Source: Lingula anatina (lineage: Eukaryota; Animalia; Brachiopoda). Taken from it: 64,000 nt of DNA. The notes under the pieces are model-generated. The model was not told where the DNA came from. It did not search any database and saw nothing but the letters and a program-made list of their open reading frames with translations. Position numbers and translations under genes: made by a program. Numbering within the stretch: position 1 is the first letter of the stretch; every line of letters begins with the position of its first letter. Below, piece by piece: positions 52,831-64,000 of the stretch. The DNA lies in contig CM120645.1 of NCBI GenBank assembly GCA_051362555.1, positions 2,108,001 to 2,172,000 on the forward strand, in the 5' to 3' direction.

Positions 52831-53119
52831 ATACAATAACGGTCCGTGTTATTTGTATAAAAAAAGGTAGAAAAGGCGTAAGGTGAACGCACTGAAAAAC
52901 AAAGAGGCCGATGTTATTCTCACCCAGGGGAACGAGAGAGGGAGGGTGTGAACGTCGCCGATTCCCGCCGGAACTTATTGATACTAAAATGTTCATGGTA
53001 CAATGATCACAAATATATTAAACCAATGCAGAGGCACATATTTTCCAACAACAATCACATCATGATATATGAACTTAAAATGATAGTACACATGATAGTT
53101 ATAATTTTCATTGCATTTT

Positions 53120-56100
53120 GATCGAAGCATTCTGTTTATCTTATTAATATTACATGTATTGGCAATGTCTTTGCTACAGTGATCTTCAAGTCATGGCAAG
53201 TCAAACGTCCTTGCAGTCCTTAATACGCTGATTGCATTGTCACAGCTCGAAGTAAATAATGATTTGGTTTAATGTATATATGTGGTCATACCTGGGAGTA
53301 AAAATAATGGTTCCTGATTTTTATAAGTATTGTCAATATAATTTACAATTGATCCCTAATGACACTTGTATGAGGCATTTGAAAAAAAACGTGATAAATC
53401 CGCATTTCCTGTATATAAATAAATATAAGAATAAAATAATAAATAAAGAAGAAATATAACCACAAAGTTTGTTTTTAATAGATTCACTGTGAACCGAACA
53501 TGCTTATGACTAAAAATCACATGAAAACTGGCCACGTTCACAACGCATTGTCCAGTCACAGGTGGTTTCTGTTTGTCGAACCGCCAGAGTTAAGTCCAAC
53601 TTCCATCTAGCAAAAGCAGATGACTTAATTACTACGAGATCACCTGTCCGACCTAAATGTCCTAAATTGGACATTATTTTTAAAGTAAAATCTCTCTTTC
53701 TGCGCTCTTCATGTATACATGTATCACATCAATTGTACTCTATGGAGAAAAAATTATGTGCGTCATACATGTAGAGCTGTCATACACATAAAAGTCTAGT
53801 TTTTATTTCGAGTTCGGTGGAATAATTAACATCGTGGATATTAAATAGATAACACCCGGCTTCAGTCCGTTCTATCTGATTCATAGTCAGTGCGTCATCC
53901 ATATACACCGCAATATTTATTCAGATAAGAGCCTGTGTCAGAGGTCAGCACCCATGTTATCATTCGCCATAATATAAGGAGCTTCTGTGCGCAGTCTCAT
54001 CATTTGAAGGTGGAGTCGAGATGCTGTACACATACAAAACATTGTTTGAAGTCATCGAACTTTGATGATTGAAAAGTTTGAAAAAGAACAGATCAAAGTG
54101 GACATCACTTGCTGCAAAGGCAATTGTAGAGACTATTTTGCGATGAAAGCAATGTTTTTTTGGAAATAAGAAGCTTCAGTACCAGATGACTACCCGACAC
54201 GAAAAATATTTATAAGGACTCATAATGTCAACATCACCTGACAACATTTGAGAGACGCCATTTGTTACTCCATTAGAAGAAAATCTTAATGCAGCTTAAT
54301 GAATGTCACTTTTGAAGACTTAAAATGTAAAAGGACTCATCTTCATGATGGAAAAATCTGACAAAACGTCTTTGTGCAAGAACTCATTGGGCATGGAATA
54401 CAAATGATGTATTTTATCTGCTCAGTGTAGAAGACTTTAATGAACTTTTCTGAAGAAATACTGTAAAAGACCGAAGATAGATTGATGTCTTAGAGGTACA
54501 GTTTGAGGCTTACTATTTGCAAACTCTCTCTCTCTCTCATATATACTATACCTCTTTCTCAGTCTTGTACATGTAAACAACATGGTAAATTCAAAGTTAA
54601 ATGCTTCCTATGTGTTAATTTGTCCCTTTTTTCCAGCTCTCTCAACCAATAATAAGATTGAAAAGTATTTGCTTCCCTCATCCCCTTCTCTCTCCTTTAT
54701 CTCCCCCTCGCCCCTCCCCCTCTCTCTCCCCCAGCCCCTCCCCTCTCTCCCCCTCGCCCCTCCCCTCTCTCCCCCAGCCCCTCCCCTCTCTCCCTCTCGC
54801 CCCTCCCCTCTCTCCCCCAGCCCCTCCCCTCTCTCCCCCAGCCTCTCCCTCTCTCCCCCAGCCCCTCCCCTCTCTCCCCCAGCCTCTCCCTCTCTCCCCC
54901 AGCCCCTCCCCTCTCCCCCCCTCTCCCCCAGCCCCTCCCCTCTCTCCCCCAGCCCCTCCCCCTCTCCCCTCTCCCCTCTCTCTCCCCCAGCCCCTCCCCT
55001 CTCTCCCCCAGCCCTTCCCCTCTCACCCCCTCGCCCCTCCCTCTCTCCCCCTCGCCCCTCCCCTCACTCCCCCAGCCCCTCCCCTCTCTCCCCCAGCCTC
55101 TCCCTCTCTCCCCCAGCCCCTCCCTCTCTCCCCCAGCCTCTGCCTCTCTCCCCCAGCCTCTGCCTCTCTTCTCCAGCCTCTACCTCTCTCCCCCAGCCCC
55201 TCCCCTCTCTCCCCCAGCCTCTCCCCCTCTCCCCAGCCCCTCCCCTCTCTCCCCCAGCCTCTCCCTCTCTCCCCCAGCCCCTCCCCTCTCTCCCCCAGCC
55301 TCGCCCCTCTCTCCCCCAGCCTCTCCCCTCTCTCCCCCAGCCTCTCCCTCTCTCCCCCAGCCTCTCCCTCTCTCGCTGTCTTGATATACAGGTATTAGAG
55401 GCACAGCATGGGTCTTACTCTTAACTACCATCACAAAACCTTCTTCTCTTCTCTGTCAACATATACATTTGAATTAACGATCTGTTTTGTGTAACATTCC
55501 TAAAATCTATTTGGTTACAGCAAATGCAAAGAGTGGTATTTTTTTCAATCTTTTGTATGTTTATTTTGAACAAAAAAAGACAAAACTAATAAGACTTAAA
55601 GCTGACACGTAGCTGACACCTACACGAATTACAGTTTGTTACTGATATTACAAGCCCCCTATTAGTACAGCCTAGACTTAGGTCCTGATTATTAACAACA
55701 TCACCTGATTTTGCTGCGTGATAATTTTGGAGTAATAGATAACTTATTAAACTAAGTGTCACTGTGTACAACTGCGCTGATTCATGTAGCAGAAGTAGGG
55801 TGAAATATAAACATACAGTGTACGACGTTTAACAATTAAATTTACATTTTCTACTTATGTTTTCCGTTGTAGGCCTAAACTTTAATAGACAACAGTCATC
55901 ATTTCATTGTCTTGATTGTATTTGTCTTTTATGTATGATGGAAACCCGTGTGTCCGCATGTAATTATCAAGGTTAATAATTGTTTCGCTATTGTCTTCCC
56001 CGCCAGCTTGATTCAATGTAAAATGTATCATATCATTATATCAATTAAGCAGACACTTTACTTCTGCTATCAATGCAATTGTGTACAGCTACTCTTAGTT

Positions 56101-56960
56101 TTATATGTTACCTATTACCGATACTTCACAACTATCAGTCAGCAAAATCAGGTGATGTTTTCGATATTCAGGACTTACGTCCGCATGTAAATAGCAAGGT
56201 TAATAACTGTTTCGCTACTGTCATTCACCTCCCTCTTGTGCAACAGTCCCCTCCAGCTTGATCCACTGTAAAGTTTACCATGTCATTAAATCAGTTACAA
56301 CTGAATAACACTATTTTTTGTTTTATAAATGATATTAAGTTCTAACCCTGAAATGATATTCGGTTCTAACCCTTAGCCTAATTTTGCAGCCTCGATCAGG
56401 TGGCAATTTCGAAGAACTTTAGATAACCTACATTAAACAAGTACAACCTAGACTTTAGATCCGTCCTGGTTATTAACAACATCAGCTGATTCTGCTGTGT
56501 CGATAGGTAAAAATTTTGAAGTTATACGTAACTTATTAAACTAGTGGGTGCGCAACTGCCTTGATAGTACCAGTAGCTGGTGGAGTGTGTCAGTCGCAGG
56601 CGAGATGGGGGGTGGGGGGTGGGGGTGGGGTTGGTGGTGGTAAAATCATTTAGGTCTCTTATTCTGGCGGTAAAATCATTTAGGTCCCTTATTACAAAAA
56701 TTTGGTCTTTCATTCAATTTAAAGATAAATGATAAATTATATTCTGTTAGCAGCACTTCATCTAGCTGCCATACGCCCCCTTTCTTCTCTTTGAATATAG
56801 ACATTTCAGCCTATACGGTTAAATTATACAGTCCGCAGGCCGACCGCAGGCCATAATTAAGTATGTATGTTTAATTGTTAACAATATCCTATAAAATCAT
56901 GCATTTTGATTTAATATCATGCAAAAAATAATGATTTTGAGCGATGGGTTTAAAAGACGT
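53120..56960 (+). repeat. Low-copy non-coding repeat family; other copies at about 2520-6250, 6350-7480, 26190-28250 and 32280-34750
   Basis: Shared blocks such as TTTGAGAGACGCCAT, ATGTCACTTTTGAAGACTTAAA and TTTGTGCAAGAACTCA in all five copies. One or more copies lie upstream of each NLR. Confidence 0.85.
54680..55375 (+). repeat. C/T-rich minisatellite (CCCCTCTCTCCCCCAG-type, about 20-bp unit)
   Basis: About 700 bp almost entirely C/T with periodic CAG or TCG. Explains the Pro/Ser-rich ORFs in the track. Confidence 0.92.
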
Positions 56961-57581
56961 TAATTAACTTAACACGCAAAGAGGACCTGGAGGACGGCAG
57001 GAAGCACGTCTTTTATACTACTGACGTTGGGGTGATGCACAAGTTGTGACGCACTCCCGCCGCACGTTCGATTCTAGGTTGTTTGGGCATTCGCCGCACT
57101 CAACACGGAGGGGACTCTTGCTCCTTCATTTCTTGCGATGTGAATCTTAGATCTTTGATCTTCTCACTTCCAAACCCATTGCAAACTCGGTGCGAGGGGA
57201 AAAAGTTACAGTTGCGGCTTGACTTTTAACAGATTATTCGAACAGTTTCTGGACATGTCCAGTATCCTCCATTAGTGCTTACGGGCTGTATGCTGACTCG
57301 AATTTGGTAAGAAGGACTTGCCTGGCACGTGAAATTCTTCGCAAAATTTGGTCGCAAACAGGCCACAAGTAGGGAGCAACTTCACGGCCTTTGATCCATT
57401 GATACAATTATTTAAACTGATATTAAAGTGAGTACCGGGTATAATAAAAAAAAGTAGGTACAATTTTATCCGCCCGTTTCTTTATTCACCATGTCCACGA
57501 AATAGTAGCCCTGTATCTCGAAACGTAAGCCTTATTTTGTATTGTATCGCAATCATTTTACATAAACAGTGTAGTTTGAAA

Positions 57582-57677
<96 letters not shown>

Positions 57678-57924
57678 CATCAGTGAAGATAATGTAATTT
57701 TGAATCGCTGGATAGGAGTATCAGAGACGAATAAAGTATTCATCGCTTGTGATACAACTTTATTTACATGTTAAGAGTCTAGAGGACAATTTCTAGCACT
57801 TCCCATTGCTGATGACAACGGGCCTTGTGGTATTGGATTATAAAATTAGATATCAATTACCTATATATTAGAAATATAGAAATATTGATAGCAGAAGTAG
57901 GTTGTGGCAGTCGACGTGTGTGTG

Positions 57925-57960
<36 letters not shown>

Positions 57961-57996
57961 GAGGAAAGGGGGGGGGGTGCTCAGTTCGGTCTTTAA

Positions 57997-59031
57997 CCCT
58001 CAAGTGACCGAGTGGGGTCATTTACGACCCCAGCCATATGATTTAATGTGCCATCTCTTTATTTTTTTATTCGAATTTTCTTTCCTTGCATGAGTTTGTC
58101 AGTCTACTAATCCTTCACACTTTCACAGTTTTTTGTACGGATCAATCAATTAGTATGGCGTATACATCACAAACTCTTGTGGGGTCATTTATGACCCCAA
58201 AGAGACGCATTGGCTTTTAAATATCAGTTTTTAAATTTTATTCAAATGTTTTGCCCAAGCAACACTGACAGGGAAATGTCACATGCATGTGCTTCATGCA
58301 ACCAGCCAGTGTGCCCAAAACATAGGCACAAATAAGTGGTTTGTGAAGATTGTGCTTGAAGTGTTACTAACAGTGCATCGCTGAATCTAATTTCAGTAGC
58401 TTTGTTGGAACGTGTTCTCACAATTGGGTCTCTCATTTTGACGGTTACAATTTTCGGGTATTTTGGAAATATAAAGAATTCTGTCAACATCATATTATAC
58501 ATATATTAACAAATTGTTTGTGTGGATTTTGTTTTATACAAAGATGTGGTAGTAACATACATGTAGGTTGATTGAATGTGTTCTAAGTATTATGACTTCC
58601 TTACCAGCATTAGGGTATTCCCTACTCAGCAAGTCAGCTAATTATTCTTATTGAAGTTAGCAGGATGCTATCTCAACATAGGTGAAAATATTTTTACTCA
58701 AAGTAATTTTGTAATGTACTTTTTTCATTTAGTGTGGCAAATAAAAAGAGAAATATTTCTTCAAGTAGAAACTGACAAGGACTGTCTAAATACCGGTGTA
58801 ATGTTGTTCTTAAAATCTGTGCTTGGTTATTCAATGCAATAAAAGTATTATTACCGAATACTTATTACATTAGATCATTATAAAATACTTGTCTTAAATC
58901 CTAGGAGTAGTATAGGTGTGATAAACCATCAACAGCCTTTTAAAATAAGGATCCCTGTATAGAGCATAATGGGGTCATAGATGACCCCACTTGGTCATTT
59001 CAGTCAGTAAAATAGCTTGGTCTCTTGAGGG
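57997..59031 (+). mobile_element. Internally deleted piggyBac element
   Basis: TTAA|CCCTCAAG...CTTGAGGG|TTAA. Three subterminal palindromes TGGGGTCAT..GACCCCA. Remnant C-terminal Cys-rich domain CPSNTDRE...CASCNQPVCPKH...CEDC at about 58245-58358. Confidence 0.88.
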
Positions 59032-59523
59032 TTAAAATTAGCTATATGTAGATCCCCTGGTACGTGTATAAGAGATTTCATACAATCTTAAAATAAAATG
59101 ATTAAATGTAAGATGTCATAAGCATTTCACCTACCTGCCATGTATCTCTCCATTCTCCTCATTGAATATTGACTTTTAAGCCTATACTGCTAAATCATCT
59201 GCGGTCCAACGGCGTATCTATAACTATGCTTAAATAACAACACGTCAAACCATGCTTGTTAATTTAGTACAGGGTATCATGCACAATATAATGAAGTATA
59301 TTTTTAGTTACGAGCAATGGATTTAAAACATGTTTATCAACTGTGCACGTTCAAAGATCACCTCAGTGAGGTCAGCAGACAAATCACAATTGTATGCACA
59401 TGCATACCTGGATCAACACGTTTGCCTTAAGAGTTTATTTCCCTGCTAAAGATCGGTGATACTGACCTCTGTTAATGTTTCAACGAAGTGAGTACTTTAT
59501 TTATTTCCCTTCCTTTGTGATAT

Positions 59524-59574
<51 letters not shown>

Positions 59575-60768
59575 TCAGAAGAGGTTGAAGATATAATAAG
59601 CAAAACGAAAATACAATAGAATTATTTAAAGGACCCATGGTGGGAGTAACACCAGATTTATTCGCGGTGAATTTGTGTAAGTCAAATCGATCTTCGAAAG
59701 CCGACTTTAGCTGTTAAAGGTCACACGTGTTCGGCTTTCTTCACATCTTATTGTATTGCTAGGGTCTATGATCACACTTCCCTGTTTTATTAAGATTTTA
59801 ACCTTAAAATAATTGTCTATATTCGTTCGTTAAACCCTTTGTCGGTTGACAGGACGAAGTGTCGCTTTGTCTTCAAAACAATAGCTTGTCGCTTGATATA
59901 TATGTCAAAGGCCCGGACCAAATCTAGTCCTGTGCATAAAAAGCCAAGACCCCATGTTTATTACGCACTGGCTGGGCCTATTCTATATAGTCTTTGCACT
60001 TTTAACAGCATAATGGGCAAGTTAATTGACCAAGTTAATTGGCCAAGCTGCCAGTTTGTTTGTATGCCACACCTGATTTTTCATTACTTCGTTATTTCTA
60101 AGGGCCTTATTTTAAATTACAAATCTAAAATAATATTTGAATTACATCATATTTGGATCATACCCAAATATCAGTTTTAATGTGTTGTACTATGTACATG
60201 TAGCAGAAACTTCGATTGTTTAATTAACCAATATAATAAAACTATATGTGACTTTGATATTGACCATCTTTTCTTGGGACGAATATAATTTCTACCCTTG
60301 TTGACTCATGAGTAAGTAAATTTAACTTGAGTTCAATAACTCGTTAGGTTTGAACTTATTTGATTTTACTTAACTTGCCATTTGCAGTAAGTGAAGGCTT
60401 GAGCCACTGATTTAACTTTACAGCAGTATAACCATTAAAAGTGAATGAAGTTTCAAAATTAATCATTTCCCATCTAAATTATTTTATGGTCTTTAAAATC
60501 AAATTAAAAGGATGTCTTGTCATGCCGCAGAACATCAGTTGCATAAAAATGAGATGAAAAAAAACAAAAAAAAAAAACAAAAAAAACAAAAAACAAAACA
60601 AAACAAGATCATTAACAGTCTTCATCAAAAGAGCAACTCAATTAAGGCTATTTTTACTTCATCTGTTTAGTATCTTAATTTGGTTTTAATTTTCACAGGC
60701 AAACTCAAACGAAAAGATTTTGTCTTTTCAGGGTTAAAACAGATTTCGACCAGAAGACGAATTTCAAC

Positions 60769-63700
60769 ATGGCGATTGAAACAGATGTTGTGACAATAGC
60801 CGTGACTCTATTTCTGTTGGTTATACTGATGGTATTTTTCTTCGGAGATTGGTTTTCCTTAAGGAGAATATTTGGTGGTACGTAATGCATACATGTTGCT
60901 TCTCATTACATAATGCCCTTATATGTTATAAACATTATTACGAGGTTAACATTATTAATAAATAATTAATTAACATAATAAACATATAATAAACATTCGT
61001 TTCCTTCACACCTCTGGAGCATTCAGCATGCCTGTGTCCGTATGTCCCATCTACTATAGGAACATGTATCTGTTCATGTCATGTATTTTTCCTTGTTCCT
61101 TCTCCTTGCAATTTCCAGTTACTATACAAAACTGTATACTATTTCTTCAAATTGAATTTTTTTAAGGTAGATCGGTCGTTACGTAATTTGACGATTTGCG
61201 CAATTTCAGCGCATCGTCAATCGTCTCTAACGACATTTAAGTTTAAGGTATATTTGTATTTTTCTTAACAAAATTCGTGAGACAATTAATAAGTTGAAAG
61301 TAGTGGCTATTCTGCAGATGAAAAACGATCGACACTCTTAAAATCCTCAGCTGAATTCTCACACTTATGTTTGAGAACTACAATGCATTTGTGTTTTGTT
61401 TACAGACATTCAGGGAAAAGTTCAGGTGATTTATGACAGGGATCAAGGTAGATCAGATAGTCGGAAACAGCCAGGTAATATTATACTACAGTGTATGCCA
61501 GGTTCAAAAACTGATGTATAAATGTATGGAGAAATATCATGTCTACTGCTGATTGACATAAGTTATGGTTTCTAATACCTAACCATTCTACACTAATTTC
61601 TGGTCACCAAAATCGATGTTGACAAACTAGATTTAATTCAAACAGATTCACTGTACAGAAAGGCGAGACACACGGGGGCTTCCAGCCACTCTCCCCCGCC
61701 CCAGTACATGAAGGTTACTCCCTCCCCGCCAAAAAAAAAAAAGAAAATGTATAGTTTTTGAGTGTCAGAAAATTTTTCAAAATTGACAATTTCTGGATAC
61801 AAGGAGTGAAAAAGTCAGTTTGTTTGAAAAAATCTATTATACAACAAGGCGAGACTCCCAGGGCTCTCAAAGCATTCTCCTCCGACCTACGTGTACTTAT
61901 AGAATGTTTTACCCTGTAGACATAGATATTTTTGCAAATAATAAAGTTGTCCAATCACAGTGGGCAAACAGACCATCAGTTAAAAAAATCACATCGAGCT
62001 AAAATATAATTTCACCTGAACTGAATACATTATGTTTACAAATGATATAAGTACTGTATTTGTAAATTATGCATAACATATTTTATAGAAAACGGCGAGG
62101 ATCGTGTTTTCACACACAATATATTTCGTTTCAGGCGATTCACTCCATGCAACCAAACCAGATACCACGTGTCAGGTACCGTCATTATATATCTGTCTAC
62201 TTTGTGATCCATTATAAAAAGCATAGATAGTACGGTGATATGCATAAAGGAAGTTCTTGTATTAAAAAGAAGAGAATAGTACAAAGCTAGACAAATATAC
62301 ATGTATGTGACAAAAATATTTCCTTTTGGTAGAGGGTAATCTTCATCAGATTCTTTTAATTTCAACCCCACTGTAATTTAAAAGTGTAATTGTGTACACA
62401 CGTTTTTATAACGTCATTCGACCATAGATTACAAGCTATAAAATTGTGTTTTATTTTCTGACATTTTCACCTGGAATAAAATATCACTATAGCCAGCAAA
62501 CCCCCCTTTTTTCATTTTAAATTACACTCTTTATGGAAGTCTCTATAGTGCTTCTAGCTGAAATATAGGACTTATTTATCTGCGATTTTACTGTACACTT
62601 ATCTAGTATCCCATGATTTTCAGTCACCTATAATGAGTCCAACACACAAAAACCTGTTGGTACAAATGGGTCCCGTGCTGATAAAAGATCTTCAAGTTGA
62701 AGATATTATCCCGGACATGGTAGGCAGGGGAATCTTCAATGAACGTAATGCAGAAAAGGTAATGACTCACAAAACAGAACAAGAACAAGCTTTTGAATTT
62801 CTCCGCATTCTACCAAAATGTGGTCCTCATGCATTTGGAACCTTTGTCAAGGTGTTGAGAAAACACCATAAAAACGAACTTGCAGATTTGTTAACAGAAA
62901 AGGCAACTGAATCCAGTAGTAAAAACCAAATAGCAAATTTCTACATCGATCACATGAGCCAGATACAGCGCCTTCCCTGGGATCCCGACGACACAGTGCA
63001 CATAGACGAGGCATATGTTAATTTACAATGGGTACAAGAAGACAGAAAATACACAGGCACCAGCTCCAAGCCAGTCACGTCTTATACCTCAATATTTGAA
63101 GATGTCAAACCTGGGAAGAAACCAAAGAGAATATTGGTAAGAGGAAAAGCAGGCATCGGCAAGACCACATTTACACAGAAGATGGCAACAGACTGGGCAA
63201 ATGCCACACTGGGTTTAGGAGAATGTGACGAAGTCCTTTTAAGATATAAACATGTTTTTATAATAAATCTACGCAGCATTCAGCCTGGTCAAACACTGAA
63301 GGAAGCAATGGAAACGCAAATCACTTGTGCTGCAGAAAATAGGAAAGCAGTGACAGATGAGGTCATGCAAGCTCTAGACTATGACACTGACCATGTTCTA
63401 TTAGTCTTTGATGGTTATGATGAATATGATATCAACACTTCCACAAAAATCACAGACATCATTTACAGAAGACGATACCAGAATGTGTGCACCGTGATCA
63501 CAACACGTCCATGGAAGGCAGGAGAACTGATGAACAGACGAATAATGGACGGTGCGTATGAAATCACTGGGCTAACAGAGGACAACATAGCTGAATATGT
63601 TGCTAAATTCTTTAATGATAAACAGACATATGATAAGAACTTGGCAGTGCCGTCAGGTTGGCAATTCTATGATAAGCGTAGGGTTATATTGAGTTCAATA

Positions 63701-64000
63701 GGGAAGGGTCTCGTAGGTTACCTAGACGAAAAAAAGCTGATGTCTTTGGTGAAGATCCCAATACTTCTCCTGTTCATTTGTCTTATGTGGCAAGAAGATC
63801 AAGAAAGTGATGCCCAGACAGATTCACTCCCAGCTTCACATTCACTTCTATACAAGAAACTAATACAGTTGCTTTTAAGACGAAGATACGGCATCAGGAC
63901 ACAGGTTGAAATGGAACAGTCTGCATGCGTTAAAAATCTTGAAGAAGAAACATTTATCAGCCTTGGCAAGCTGGCTTACGATGGACTGGTGAAACCAGAT
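60769..64000 (+). CDS. NLR paralog 3 (3' incomplete): N-terminal transmembrane-like helix-short linker-CARD-NACHT
   Basis: Exons 60769-60877 (aacATGg; MAIETDVVTIAVTLFLLVILMVFFFGDWFSLRRIFG; donor GTACGT, phase 1), 61406-61474 (69 nt, homolog of 11299-11367), 62135-62175 (41 nt, homolog of 14984-15024) and 62624 to window end. All in frame. Confidence 0.75.
62624..64000 (+). CDS. Copy 3 CARD-NACHT exon, runs off the window (absent from the ORF track)
   Basis: Manual translation SPIMSPTHKNLLVQM...LRILPKCGPHAF...GKAGIGKT...LLVFDGYDE...ITTRPW...LGKLAYDGLVKPD has no stop. Phase-0 acceptor TTTTCAG ends 62623. Confidence 0.92.

Noticed and set aside
54582-55434. Long Pro/Ser-rich and Gly/Glu/Arg-rich ORFs (280, 246, 109 aa)
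   Set aside because: Artefacts of a stop-free C/T minisatellite, open in several frames.
1-64000. tRNA, rRNA, prokaryotic defence island or prophage
   Set aside because: No such signatures recognised. Spliceosomal introns, microsatellites and eukaryotic TE families show animal-type nuclear DNA.

Overview
Eukaryotic, AT-rich, intron-containing DNA, most likely from an invertebrate animal. No prokaryotic operons, CRISPR arrays or RNA genes were seen. The window holds a tandem cluster of three paralogous + strand NLR-type (NACHT/STAND) genes that can be reconstructed exon by exon with GT-AG sites and consistent phases. Copy 1 (10215-18398, about 1302 aa) is DZIP3-like HEPN, coiled coil, Ser/basic linker, CARD, NACHT, then LRR-like repeats. 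Copy 2 (38850-49793) has the same architecture with extra linker exons and one in-frame CAG>TAG stop just before the LRR region. Copy 3 (60769 to past the window end) keeps the homologous 69-nt and 41-nt linker exons and the CARD-NACHT exon, but its first coding exon encodes a single hydrophobic transmembrane-like helix instead of HEPN. The paralogs show hypervariable loops, substitutions concentrated on the LRR beta-strands and mosaic identity suggestive of gene conversion. Between copies 1 and 2 is a 5'-truncated, apparently frameshifted SLC26 (SulP/STAS) gene fragment on the minus strand. Intergenic DNA is segmental duplication, a low-copy repeat family and many DNA-transposon relics (Tc1, piggyBac, Kolobok-like, Harbinger-like, Ginger-like, Helentron-like, and a 935-bp foldback element 3' of copy 1). 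All domain calls are by-eye motif recognition; no database searches were run.
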